Below are positions 1-9,576 of a stretch of DNA of 64,000 bases, piece by piece (position 1 is the stretch's first letter; each line of letters starts with the position of its first letter). The notes below the pieces were generated by a model. The model saw only the letters and a list, made by a program, of their open reading frames with translations, had not been told where the DNA came from and made no database searches. The stretch spans positions 1 to 64,000 of IMG/VR virus record IMGVR_UViG_3300033273_000208. One strand, given 5' to 3'. A program made the translations under genes and the position numbers. This stretch comes from a virus.

Positions 1-2
1 TC

Positions 3-95
3 TATATTGAGTATGTTGTTGAGGGTGAAGGTTGTCCCTTTGATCCTAATCAGGAACCTATTCTTCCTAGAGATGCAATGCCCGAGTGGAACTAA
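3..95 (+). CDS. 3' end of a hypothetical protein (truncated by window)
   Basis: Open frame YIEYVVEGEGCPFDPNQEPILPRDAMPEWN* ending TAA 93-95, just before the halogenase start. Confidence 0.6.
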   Translation, partial: YIEYVVEGEGCPFDPNQEPILPRDAMPEWN

Positions 96-98
96 TGT

Positions 99-1652
99 AT
101 GATTCGTAATGTTGTTATTGTAGGCGGTGGATCTGCTGGTTGGATGACCGCCGCTGCCTTTGAAAGATTACTTCCCGAATACAACGTAACCCTCGTAGAA
201 TCCCCCGATGTTCCTATTGTTGGAGTCGGGGAATCTACTTTAGGGCATATAAACATGTACCTACATCTGCTTGGTTTGGAAGACCATGAGTGGATGAAAG
301 AATGCGATGCAACATACAAAGTTGGAATCAGATTCACAGATTTCTATAAGAAAGACAATACGCACTGGGATTATCCTTTTGTGGATCCTGATCCTGATGC
401 TCTCCCTGGGGGACTTGTATCTTTCTGGGCGCTTCGCAATGCTTATCCTGAGAAATACTCACACCCTAATACATTCGCCCGAATGGTGAATGGAAACACA
501 TGGTTGATGGAAGAGAATCGTATTGACGATTCAGGTATGTGGGGTGAGATGGATAAGGACTATTCGTACCACATGGATGCGATTAAGTTCGGACAATGGT
601 TGAAGAATAATGTGTGTAAGAACGTCAAGTACGTTCAAGGGCATGTTATGGATGCGGATTATGATGAGCAAGGTAACATCACACGATTGTTCCTTGATAC
701 CAATGTATTCCTAAAAGCAGATCTATTCATTGACTGCACAGGGTTTGGATCTGTGCTGCTGGAAGGATTGATGGGTGTCAAGCACAAGTCTTTCAATCAT
801 ATCCTCCCAAATAATAAGGCAACGGTCTGTCGTGTGCCACATACAGATCCAGAAACTCAGGTGCAGAACTATACAAATGGTACAGCACTTGCTAATGGAT
901 GGGTCTGGAACATTCCACTGTGGAATAGAACTGGCACAGGATATGTGTGGTGCGATAAGTATCAGAATGAGTCGGGTGCTGAGCAGGAGTTTAGATCACA
1001 TCTTGCCAATCATTTTGATAATGTTCCTGACGACTTCCGCGTCATTGATATACGCAATGGCAAGCATGAGAAAGCATGGCATAAGAATGTTGTTGCAGTT
1101 GGACTGTCCTATGGTTTCATTGAACCATTAGAATCCACGGGATTGTTGACAGTACATGAACAGATTCGTCGTTTGATTGAGACACTGCAGACCAGAGATG
1201 GTGTAGTTAGTAGCATTGAGAAGTCAATGTTTAACTGTGCTGCTGATCGTGAGATTGATGGATTTGCCACATTTGTGTCCTGGCACTATGCCTTCTCGCT
1301 ACGTCGTGACTCTGCTTACTGGAGATATGTAACCGAGGATATTGATTACAGTATGGATCATTTCCATATGAACAGTCCTGAGGACAATACATTTAGAGAA
1401 CTTACAACATACAAGTATAGAACTCATGAGTTTCCTGCATCAATGGCAGGTACATTGTATGTACTAGCGGGGAATGATTTTGCTACACTTAGAGGACAGG
1501 GGCAAACTGTTACCTACGAAAAGTTTGGTGAACCTCCCCTAGATAGACTGTCGGGAGACGTTGACAGCAAGATGTATTGTGCATTAGAATACGTCAAGAA
1601 ACTACCTACATCCTATGAGTATTTGAGGGACACCATCTATGCTGTTTCGTAA
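99..1652 (+). CDS. Flavin-dependent tryptophan halogenase family protein (PrnA/RebH-like)
   Basis: GGGSAGW FAD motif, GVGEST, ATYKVGIRF (catalytic Lys), DCTGF, GWVWNIPL (WxWxIP), FIEPLESTG; 517 aa. Confidence 0.92.
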   Translation: MIRNVVIVGGGSAGWMTAAAFERLLPEYNVTLVESPDVPIVGVGESTLGHINMYLHLLGLEDHEWMKECDATYKVGIRFTDFYKKDNTHWDYPFVDPDPDALPGGLVSFWALRNAYPEKYSHPNTFARMVNGNTWLMEENRIDDSGMWGEMDKDYSYHMDAIKFGQWLKNNVCKNVKYVQGHVMDADYDEQGNITRLFLDTNVFLKADLFIDCTGFGSVLLEGLMGVKHKSFNHILPNNKATVCRVPHTDPETQVQNYTNGTALANGWVWNIPLWNRTGTGYVWCDKYQNESGAEQEFRSHLANHFDNVPDDFRVIDIRNGKHEKAWHKNVVAVGLSYGFIEPLESTGLLTVHEQIRRLIETLQTRDGVVSSIEKSMFNCAADREIDGFATFVSWHYAFSLRRDSAYWRYVTEDIDYSMDHFHMNSPEDNTFRELTTYKYRTHEFPASMAGTLYVLAGNDFATLRGQGQTVTYEKFGEPPLDRLSGDVDSKMYCALEYVKKLPTSYEYLRDTIYAVS

Positions 1653-2361
1653 GAGAAAACCAATCAGGTTCTGGTCTACTCTCCCAGGTGTAAAAGATTG
1701 CCATCCAGTGTATCCAGCACAAAAACTGGAACGCAAGATGTCAAAGTGCCCGTTTGCTGCTATACAACAACATGCCAGCAAATGTCCCGCATTGAAACAA
1801 TGGAGTAACACGGGGTTTATTATTCCTGCTCCGTGTGACTTCGTTATCATTACAAATGGTGATGGTGTTAGTGTAGACTGGAGAGCACCCACACTACTTG
1901 ATACTGACAATGGATTTATTACGATCCACGATGATAAACAAGCAAAGGCATCTGCACCACCTCACAGTATGGATTCTGTGATCAAGGTGGGTACAACCTG
2001 GAGAGTGTGGGCACCAAAAGATATTGTGTTTATTCAGTCCCCTGTGCTATATAATGGTGAGGAGCGATTCACTGCAGCAAGTGGTATCTTTGATCCCACA
2101 AGAGTTCCACAACTCAATGCACAACTTTATTGGCATGTGTTAGAGGGTGAAACACTCATTGAGGCAGGCACACCGCTATTCCAAGTCACGCCGATTCTTC
2201 GCAAATCGCTTAGACAGTGGGACTATGTAGTCGAGGATGCTAATGAGTCTGATCGTATGTTTGAAGCAGCGATCTCATATAATATGACATCTAAGTTTGA
2301 TATAGATACACATAGCGTCCTTAAAAACAACCAAAAGATTATTGAGAACCGTCATGTCTGA
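1639..2361 (+). CDS. DUF6065-like hypothetical protein (paralog of 4009-4698)
   Basis: KCPA..W..TGFIIPAPCD and AGTPLFQV motifs shared with 4009-4698; overlaps halogenase stop. Confidence 0.55.
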   Translation: MLFRKRKPIRFWSTLPGVKDCHPVYPAQKLERKMSKCPFAAIQQHASKCPALKQWSNTGFIIPAPCDFVIITNGDGVSVDWRAPTLLDTDNGFITIHDDKQAKASAPPHSMDSVIKVGTTWRVWAPKDIVFIQSPVLYNGEERFTAASGIFDPTRVPQLNAQLYWHVLEGETLIEAGTPLFQVTPILRKSLRQWDYVVEDANESDRMFEAAISYNMTSKFDIDTHSVLKNNQKIIENRHV

Positions 2362-2740
2362 AGAACTTAAAGTATCGTCAATCGATGAACTGTGGGATAA
2401 TCTTGCACTGCAACATGCAGTCAAGATGGAACAATACCTTGTAGCAAAGGGTCAACTGGATACTACTCTCGCCAACCCTGCATCTCAGGGAAGTGGTGTA
2501 ACATTTGATGTTAGAGAGATCCAAAACCTCCGCGATGAACTTGTAAAGATTGAGGGTGCACTTGATGCTCTGAATATCATCTACACTCAGATCGAGGGTA
2601 AAGAAGCACGCACATATGTTGTTGAACCTGAGCGTCCAGCACCTAAGGTAAGAGCGAAGGGTAGGGGCAAAGAGAAGTATAAAGAACTGGAAGAATGGGC
2701 ACCTGATGTTGATGCACCGAAGGTTGATACTGGTCTCTGA
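2354..2740 (+). CDS. Hypothetical coiled-coil protein
   Basis: ORF track 2342-2740; ATG at 2354 (MSEELK) preferred; coupled to both neighbours. Confidence 0.6.
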   Translation: MSEELKVSSIDELWDNLALQHAVKMEQYLVAKGQLDTTLANPASQGSGVTFDVREIQNLRDELVKIEGALDALNIIYTQIEGKEARTYVVEPERPAPKVRAKGRGKEKYKELEEWAPDVDAPKVDTGL

Positions 2741-3399
2741 TGATAAATCAAGAGTTGTTATTTCCTACACCAGTATGGTGGCAGGACTTTGATCTAGATA
2801 CTGATAAACTAACTGAAATATGCCATCAGATTCGTGATGAATATGATGGTCAAGTTAGATCTAATGTCGGTGGATATCAGTCCACCGATTTCAATGGCGA
2901 ACATCTATTGACTGTGGATGATGAGTTGGGTAAACTTGCTCATCATCTTACAGACATGGCAACACAAATCTACGCACGATTTGAACCACAAGGTACACAT
3001 GTGGAGATGGCAAATCTGTGGATCAATATCAATCATGGCAATGATTACAACGTCACTCATACACATCCTGGTTCTGTAATCTCTGGTGCATACTATGTCA
3101 CTGCACCAGAAGACGCAGGTAAGATTGTATTTGTGAAGGATCATTCCTCTGCATTTAACTTCTCATCCGTGGGAACAATGCAAGACTTTGCTGAAGGTGA
3201 AGGTGAACCATGGTTGTGGAATCAGTTTATGTACCCACCTGTCAAGAATAGGTGTATAATGTTCCCAGCATGGTTGCCACACAAAGTTGAACGAAGTGAG
3301 ACACAATCAGAACGTATCTCTATCTCATTCAACTTTGTACCTAGACAAAACCATGATAAAATAATGTATGGCATCGTGAAGAAGATCAATGAATGTTGA
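2740..3399 (+). CDS. 2OG-Fe(II) oxygenase, TIGR02466-like
   Basis: LFPTP N-terminus, HTHPG, SGAYY, FPAWLPH.V, RISISFN. Confidence 0.88.
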   Translation: MINQELLFPTPVWWQDFDLDTDKLTEICHQIRDEYDGQVRSNVGGYQSTDFNGEHLLTVDDELGKLAHHLTDMATQIYARFEPQGTHVEMANLWININHGNDYNVTHTHPGSVISGAYYVTAPEDAGKIVFVKDHSSAFNFSSVGTMQDFAEGEGEPWLWNQFMYPPVKNRCIMFPAWLPHKVERSETQSERISISFNFVPRQNHDKIMYGIVKKINEC

Positions 3400-4018
3400 G
3401 TTTCTATTTCCCACACCAGTCTGGCATGAAGATGTAAATGTCGATACTGATGCTCTGATTGCATTCAGTGTTGATTATATGCGTACTGAAAAGATGAACG
3501 GTGGTAGTTATGAATCAATGAATCTAACTGGTGCACAGTTCAGAGACAGTAAGTGTGTTGTTGGTAGTTTTGTCAGACAGGTGGAGGATAAAGCAAACGA
3601 AGCATTCCAAGACTTTGGTCCTCTGAATACATATGCTGAGATGGATCACTTCTGGTTCATTACAGTTCCACCAGGAGATCGTATGGCATTACATACACAT
3701 CCTGGTGCTGTGTTGTCTGGTGTTGTATATTTGTATGTGCCTGAAGGTGATGCTGGTTCTATCACTATTCGTAGAGATGCAACAACATCTCACCTCTATC
3801 ATTCTCTAGGTGCATACACATCATGCAATCGTGGTGACAATCAAATCACCTGGGACTCTGTAAGTTACGCTCCTGTTGTCAACAAGATGGTGCTATTTCC
3901 TGCATGGCAACCACACTCAGTATCACAGAATAATACTGACCAGGATCGCATCTCAGTGTCTTTTAACTTCCGCGTTAAGGAAGGTGTATACCCACATACG
4001 TCAAGATTATGGCAGTAG
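3389..4018 (+). CDS. 2OG-Fe(II) oxygenase, TIGR02466-like
   Basis: LFPTP, HTHPG, SGVVY, FPAWQPHSV, RISVSFN. Confidence 0.88.
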   Translation: MNVEFLFPTPVWHEDVNVDTDALIAFSVDYMRTEKMNGGSYESMNLTGAQFRDSKCVVGSFVRQVEDKANEAFQDFGPLNTYAEMDHFWFITVPPGDRMALHTHPGAVLSGVVYLYVPEGDAGSITIRRDATTSHLYHSLGAYTSCNRGDNQITWDSVSYAPVVNKMVLFPAWQPHSVSQNNTDQDRISVSFNFRVKEGVYPHTSRLWQ

Positions 4019-4698
4019 ATATTTACTATACATCTGTGATTCCCAAGAGGGACGAAGACTATCAGATCCCTACATTTGCTGAGGACTATGAAGTTCCACC
4101 TACACCAGCATACAATGATGGGATAAAGTCTCATGACCACATGTATTGTCCTGCCCACAAAGAGTGGTGTAAGAATAGATGGACATTTTACATGCCATTT
4201 GATCTACACTTCAGGTGCGACAGTGAGCATCGCATGATAGGATCAGATACACATGGAGATAAACTACAAGATCTGATTTCGATTGGTCCTAACTGGTGGG
4301 ATGATGAACTGCCAGAGATAGAAATCACATACAACACATTGTTTTGGACTAATACAAAGAATGTGTGGTTAGAGTATACTGGTCATCCCACAGTTGCACA
4401 GCATGGATTCAGTGTGGTGCCTGGCACATTTCCTATGTCATCATGGATGAGATCATTGCCTATTGGTGTCATTCCACATCGTATTGATGACGGTATCTAT
4501 ATCAAACGTGGTACACCCATCTTTCATGTTAAGTTTGTGCGAGGTAAAGATACATTCAAACTCACTAGAAAGACACCACCACCTGATAAGATAGTGCAAA
4601 TCAAACAGGATCAAGAACTCAAACACTGGGCACCATTTAAGTCCTGGGATCTAATCATGAAGAGGGAATCTAAATGTCCATTTCGTATCCGTTTCTGA
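4009..4698 (+). CDS. DUF6065-like hypothetical protein (paralog of 1639-2361)
   Basis: YCPA..W...WTFYMPFD, VVPG.FP.S.W.R, RGTPIFHV, C-terminal KCPF. Confidence 0.55.
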   Translation: MAVDIYYTSVIPKRDEDYQIPTFAEDYEVPPTPAYNDGIKSHDHMYCPAHKEWCKNRWTFYMPFDLHFRCDSEHRMIGSDTHGDKLQDLISIGPNWWDDELPEIEITYNTLFWTNTKNVWLEYTGHPTVAQHGFSVVPGTFPMSSWMRSLPIGVIPHRIDDGIYIKRGTPIFHVKFVRGKDTFKLTRKTPPPDKIVQIKQDQELKHWAPFKSWDLIMKRESKCPFRIRF

Positions 4699-5366
4699 AC
4701 CGTGAGCATTACGTCTGTGGTGACACACCGTTGTTATTCAAGGGTGTATGTGATGCACCTATACTCTATGTGGACTGGGAAGATGTTGAGCACTGCTTAA
4801 ACAATCCCTGGGAGTATAACATTGAGATTCTTGACAGCAATAACATCAAAGTTCCTATGCCCACTGTTCCTCACCCGTGGCATGGTAACTGGCATCCAGA
4901 CAAGAAAGTTATCATGGATCTTGTCAATGATAACCACACATTTGTGATTGCTAAGTATGGTCATCATAATGTTCATGTTAATGCATTGCTGCGTAGGATT
5001 GAGGATGCATTTGATGTAGCATGTGATGCACACATTTATGGTGCATTAGGTGGTGCAAGTTCATTCAAGATTCATTGGGATCAACCAGCAAACTTCATCA
5101 TGCAAATACATGGTGAGACACATTGGACAGTATATAATGAACGGTGTAGTACACTTGTCAAATATACTGGATTCCCCTATAATCCTAGTGAGGATGAAGT
5201 AACACCTGCAATCGATACGGTACTACAACCTGGAGACATGTTGTATATACCATCACGTTGTTATCATTGTGCTTGTCCTGATCAAGAACGACTGTCCCTA
5301 AGTATTCCTTGTTGGCATGATCCTGAGAACAAACCAGACAGAAATCAATACACACTTGATCTCTGA
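4674..5366 (+). CDS. JmjC/cupin-4 (ROX-like) 2OG oxygenase
   Basis: FKIHWD (HxD), FIMQIHGETHW, LQPGDMLYIPSRCYH. Confidence 0.85.
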   Translation: MSISYPFLNREHYVCGDTPLLFKGVCDAPILYVDWEDVEHCLNNPWEYNIEILDSNNIKVPMPTVPHPWHGNWHPDKKVIMDLVNDNHTFVIAKYGHHNVHVNALLRRIEDAFDVACDAHIYGALGGASSFKIHWDQPANFIMQIHGETHWTVYNERCSTLVKYTGFPYNPSEDEVTPAIDTVLQPGDMLYIPSRCYHCACPDQERLSLSIPCWHDPENKPDRNQYTLDL

Positions 5367-5853
5367 TGTAGCAACAAAAGAGATTGAACGTATAGTTACT
5401 GCTCCTGAGTTTCCCTGGTTTTATATACCTGATGCCACGGATCTTGTGCCTTCTGGTGGTGGTGCATTCATGCATCTATTGAAGATGGACTATGAGGTAC
5501 GATCACCATATTATGATCTATTTCATCTAGAGATCTGTAACTTTGCAAATCTCTATGGATATAGTCATGAGGATATATACCGTGCACGATTGGGTTTATT
5601 GTATCCCACCAAGAAGAAACATAACAAACCACATGTAGACTTCACTGATCCACATGATGTGATGTTGTGGTATATAACCAGTAACGATAAAGCACCCACA
5701 TTATTCTTCAATGACAGACTTGAAGAGATTCATCGTGTAGAATGTAGGCAGGGTCGTGTTGTGCATTTCCCTGGACATATGCTACACGCTTCAACACCAC
5801 CCAAGGATGGTATTCGTGTCGTTCTAAATGTAAATCTGAAGAGGTCAGTATGA
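5317..5853 (+). CDS. 2OG-Fe(II) oxygenase superfamily protein
   Basis: FPWFY, PHVD (HxD), GRVVHFPG..LHAS.P, RVVLNVN. Confidence 0.75.
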   Translation: MILRTNQTEINTHLISDVATKEIERIVTAPEFPWFYIPDATDLVPSGGGAFMHLLKMDYEVRSPYYDLFHLEICNFANLYGYSHEDIYRARLGLLYPTKKKHNKPHVDFTDPHDVMLWYITSNDKAPTLFFNDRLEEIHRVECRQGRVVHFPGHMLHASTPPKDGIRVVLNVNLKRSV

Positions 5854-6359
5854 TTACACAATGGTTTGATAGATCTAAGGGCGAGTGGCATTCACACCGC
5901 AGATATTTGTATGGTGAGAGTGCAGAACTCATGACCAGTGAACTACTCGTTGGTGACCTGAATGATGTTGAGAAAGCAGTCATTCCAGAAGATCTCAACA
6001 GTGACTATTATGTAAAGTTTGGATGGCAAACTGTTAAATATAGTTCAGGTGAACCTGCTTCATCTGGTGAGATGCTTGTCGGAATCAATAGTAAGGATGG
6101 GAAGATGTATCGCTCTCAAGGATACATGACCTCCAATCCCACCATGACTGATGTAACTATGATTGATGAGGATACTATCCTCTTTGATACGGAGTATGGA
6201 AAACAAAGATTTCGTGAAGAGATTCGACTCCTACACAATGACTCGGTAAGATTACGACAGACGATTGGTTTCAAGGGCAACCGTGTGACTATCGTCGGTC
6301 AATACTACGAAACTCGTAAGGAGAACGAGACCGATGTTCCTCAAGTCAGCACCACTTAG
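5850..6359 (+). CDS. Phycobiliprotein (bilin) lyase, CpcS/CpeS/CpcV family
   Basis: WF..S.GEWHSHRRY, YRSQGY....P, TEY...FREEIRL, RLRQTI match the S/U/V-type lyase beta-barrel pattern; closest by eye to the CpcV-like branch. Confidence 0.8.
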   Translation: MITQWFDRSKGEWHSHRRYLYGESAELMTSELLVGDLNDVEKAVIPEDLNSDYYVKFGWQTVKYSSGEPASSGEMLVGINSKDGKMYRSQGYMTSNPTMTDVTMIDEDTILFDTEYGKQRFREEIRLLHNDSVRLRQTIGFKGNRVTIVGQYYETRKENETDVPQVSTT

Positions 6360-6501
6360 CAAAGAGGCGAAAGGATTGCTCAAGAGAGCAATGTTATTGT
6401 TACTCTCTGACCTCTATAAGAGGCAGGGAGACATCAGTCCCAGACAACGTGATACAATACATGAGATTGTTACTACATTACATCTTGAACCCGAAGCATG
6501 A
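6334..6501 (+). CDS. Small hypothetical protein (55 aa)
   Basis: MFLKSAPLSKEAK...LEPEA*; fills the gap, ATGA-coupled to 6498. Confidence 0.55.
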   Translation: MFLKSAPLSKEAKGLLKRAMLLLLSDLYKRQGDISPRQRDTIHEIVTTLHLEPEA

Positions 6502-7106
6502 CTGTTTTCCCTATATTCTCCACACCTGTTTATGTTGACACCTATGATATTCCACAAGATGAAATAGATCTAATCAAACAGGAAGAATATAAGGATTATC
6601 CAAAGCGTGCAGATGGTATGCAGTCAGTGGATACACAACTCCTCAAGAGGTATCCGCGTCTGCATCACATCTGTCTGGGTCATATTGCCCACTATGCTCA
6701 CAATGTCCTCGCTATTGATGATCGAGTGACATGTGAGATTGTGTGTTCATGGGTCAACAAACACCGTCCTGGTGAGAGAGCAAACAGGCATGGACATACC
6801 AATAGTATGTTCACAGGTTGCCTGTATCTTGACGTGCCCGATGATAGTGGTAACATCATCTTTGAAGCATCATATAATCATGCCACATGGAACACAGGTA
6901 CACTCGAACCAGCAACATGGGAGGATAACATACTCAACTCACGCATCTGGCAGATTGTACCTGAGCGTGGCATGATTGTATGCTTCCCTGCACATGTAGA
7001 CCACTACACAGGATACAATGAGTCTACACAAGATAGATACTCATTAGGATTCAATGTAATGATGAAAGGTGACTTTAGTGCACCTACACGAGATTTGGTG
7101 TTATGA
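6498..7106 (+). CDS. 2OG-Fe(II) oxygenase, TIGR02466-like
   Basis: IFSTP, SWVN, HGHTNS, FPAHVDH, RYSLGFN. Confidence 0.88.
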   Translation: MTVFPIFSTPVYVDTYDIPQDEIDLIKQEEYKDYPKRADGMQSVDTQLLKRYPRLHHICLGHIAHYAHNVLAIDDRVTCEIVCSWVNKHRPGERANRHGHTNSMFTGCLYLDVPDDSGNIIFEASYNHATWNTGTLEPATWEDNILNSRIWQIVPERGMIVCFPAHVDHYTGYNESTQDRYSLGFNVMMKGDFSAPTRDLVL

Positions 7107-7735
7107 ACTTAGGTGAATACGATAGATCAGTCTTTCCACTGTTTAACAATCCACTCTATGTGTCTCGCAATGCTCCACTGTCTGCAGAGATAGTGGAATA
7201 TGTTGTTAATCAGGAGTATTATTCTGACCCACAAGAGAAGAATGGTGAGAATACTTCCAACCAAAGACTATTAGATGGATGCCCAGAGTTAAAGGCATTG
7301 GTTGAGAGACATCTGAATCACTATTTGTATAACATACTGTGCTTTGATAGGAAATATGTAGCACGTCATCATTGTTCGTGGGCAACTAGACACAAGACAG
7401 GTCATTCTGCTCACAAACATACACATTGCAACTCAATGTATAGTGGTGTGATATACATAAAAACGCCACCTAAATGTGGGGATATATTGTTTCACGCTGA
7501 TTGCAATCGTGACACATATACAACACCAGCAATGAGACCTGATATTGTTGAGCACAATATCTACAACTCAGCGTGTTGGTCTATACCTGCTGAAGAGGCA
7601 TTGATATTACTGTTTCCATCAACTGTGGAGCATAGTGTTGAACCCAACCGAAGTCTGTCGGATCGGTATAGTGTTGCGTTCAACTATTGGTTGCATGGAC
7701 AGTACGGCGACTGTACCAATAGGTTGACTATATGA
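7103..7735 (+). CDS. 2OG-Fe(II) oxygenase, TIGR02466-like
   Basis: LFNNP, HTHCNS, SGVIY, FPSTVEHSV, RYSVAFN. Confidence 0.88.
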   Translation: MNLGEYDRSVFPLFNNPLYVSRNAPLSAEIVEYVVNQEYYSDPQEKNGENTSNQRLLDGCPELKALVERHLNHYLYNILCFDRKYVARHHCSWATRHKTGHSAHKHTHCNSMYSGVIYIKTPPKCGDILFHADCNRDTYTTPAMRPDIVEHNIYNSACWSIPAEEALILLFPSTVEHSVEPNRSLSDRYSVAFNYWLHGQYGDCTNRLTI

Positions 7736-8067
7736 CGACACCTCTGCTAATCTCAGAGTCAGTTCCACTGGAGATCAGGAACATCATGAAGTCATTGGAG
7801 ATTGGATCACCTATCCGATATGATGGAATGGAAGGACATGTGTGCTTCGTTTGTGATTCCTACATTTCTATGTGCTTCCGTGAGTATGAACATGGTGACA
7901 AATCTGCTCGACATCCAACAACCAAGTGTTGTGTACTTATCTTTCAAGAGTTCTGGGATGAGATCGAGATTGACGACACCCACTTCTATAATAAGAAGGC
8001 ATACAATGGACTGATCCATGAACATCCTGGCAACGATATGCTACCCGAAGGAGAGCGCCCCAAATGA
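7732..8067 (+). CDS. Hypothetical Cys-rich protein
   Basis: 111-aa ORF with ATGA coupling at both ends. Confidence 0.6.
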   Translation: MTTPLLISESVPLEIRNIMKSLEIGSPIRYDGMEGHVCFVCDSYISMCFREYEHGDKSARHPTTKCCVLIFQEFWDEIEIDDTHFYNKKAYNGLIHEHPGNDMLPEGERPK

Positions 8068-8115
8068 ATACCAAAAAAGACCCACAAAAATCAACCAACA
8101 ATCTCCCCTCTGTTT

Positions 8116-8292
8116 ATGACATCAAACGCGAAGAAATACAACGTTATTTGGAAGAGACAGAAGAAGAAAGGGCATACTTCGACAGTTACAGCGACGTTCC
8201 TGACGCTAGTTGATGCTATTGAGTGGGAAAAGCACCTCAAGAAGAGTGGCGTGACAGTTTGCGAAGTGCACCCCGTTTTCACCGACTGGTGA
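8116..8292 (+). CDS. Small basic hypothetical protein (58 aa)
   Basis: MTSNAKKYNVIWKRQKKKGHTSTVTATF...W*; overlaps another short ORF 8064-8213. Confidence 0.5.
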   Translation: MTSNAKKYNVIWKRQKKKGHTSTVTATFLTLVDAIEWEKHLKKSGVTVCEVHPVFTDW

Positions 8293-8308
8293 GGTGTGGT
8301 AGTATATT
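8251..8308 (+). promoter_or_regulatory. Early promoter repeat 1
   Basis: GTGACA..GTGCAC; -10 TATATT begins 52 nt after the GTGACA start; upstream of helicase. Confidence 0.7.
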
Positions 8309-8332
8309 ATTTCTGTTGAGCGATCCACATAC

Positions 8333-9571
8333 ATGACCGTTGTTCTTCGTCCTCACCAAGATCGTGCCCTTGCAGCAATGCAAGTCAACGATAAAGGTCA
8401 AGTCATTGTTCCTACTGGCGGTGGCAAGACTTTCATTATGATTCAGGATGCACTGCGTCAACTGCAGCAATCTTCCACGATTGTTGTTGTTGCTCCTCGC
8501 ATTCTGCTTGCTACTCAACTGTGTGATGAGTTCATGCAGTTTGTTGACAGCAAGTATGTGCATGTATGTCATGCTCACAGTGGTGAAACTCATTACTTTC
8601 ACTCTACCAAGAGCAGCAAGATTGCTCTCTTCAACAACACCGCTCGTGCTGCAGGTGAGTCCTGCATTATCTTCACCACCTATCATTCGCTGGGTCGTGT
8701 AGTTGATGCAGGCATCAATATCAGTGCAGTGTACTTTGACGAGGCACACAATAGTGTTGCTAAGTCTTTCTTCGCCAGCACCTTTGCCATCTCTGATGTT
8801 GCAGAGCGTTGCTACTTCTTCACTGCTACTCCTCGCATCTCGCACAAGCATGAGCGTGGAATGCACAATCGTGAGGTGTATGGTACTGTTATCGAGAATG
8901 TTTCTGCTTCGGAACTGATTGCTAACGGTAGCATCATTCCCCCTCAGATTGTGCCATTCAACACGGATAACTCTCGCAACAAGGTCAACGCTCACGTTGT
9001 TGACAGTAACACTGTGCAGGATATCATCGACAATCTCGATGAGACTGCTGCTGCTAAAGTGTTGGTTGCAGTGCCATCCAGTCGTGTGCTAGGTAACATG
9101 ATCGGTCAGACTGATCTACTCCAACAACTCAAGGATCGTGGTTACCATGTTCTCCACGTCACCAGCAAGTTCGGTGCCTATGTAGACGACAAGAAAGTCA
9201 ATCGTGAGGTGTTCTTTGACACTCTCACCGCCTGGGGTGCAGATCCCACCAAGAAGTTTGTTATCTTCCACTATTCTATTCTGTCGGAAGGTATCAACGT
9301 TCCTGGTCTCACCCATTGCATTCTTCTGCGTAATCTCAACGTTGTTGAGATGGCACAGACAATCGGTCGTGTTATTCGTCTACATAAAGACGACGCTGCT
9401 GCTATTCGCAGCGGTGAACTCACCCCTGGTAAGTTTGACTTTTATAGGAAACCTTTCGGTTATGTGACTGTCCCTGTGCATCGCACATACGGTAAGCAAG
9501 TGACCAAGCGACTGCAGAATGTAGTTGATGCTATCTTCGTGAAAGGCATTCCTCCTCTGTCCCTCGTCTAA
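8333..9571 (+). CDS. SF2 DEAD/DEAH-box helicase (ResIII-like)
   Basis: PTGGGKT Walker A, YFDEAHN, FTAT, EGINVP, QTIGRVIR. Confidence 0.92.
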   Translation: MTVVLRPHQDRALAAMQVNDKGQVIVPTGGGKTFIMIQDALRQLQQSSTIVVVAPRILLATQLCDEFMQFVDSKYVHVCHAHSGETHYFHSTKSSKIALFNNTARAAGESCIIFTTYHSLGRVVDAGINISAVYFDEAHNSVAKSFFASTFAISDVAERCYFFTATPRISHKHERGMHNREVYGTVIENVSASELIANGSIIPPQIVPFNTDNSRNKVNAHVVDSNTVQDIIDNLDETAAAKVLVAVPSSRVLGNMIGQTDLLQQLKDRGYHVLHVTSKFGAYVDDKKVNREVFFDTLTAWGADPTKKFVIFHYSILSEGINVPGLTHCILLRNLNVVEMAQTIGRVIRLHKDDAAAIRSGELTPGKFDFYRKPFGYVTVPVHRTYGKQVTKRLQNVVDAIFVKGIPPLSLV

Positions 9572-9576
9572 ATCTA

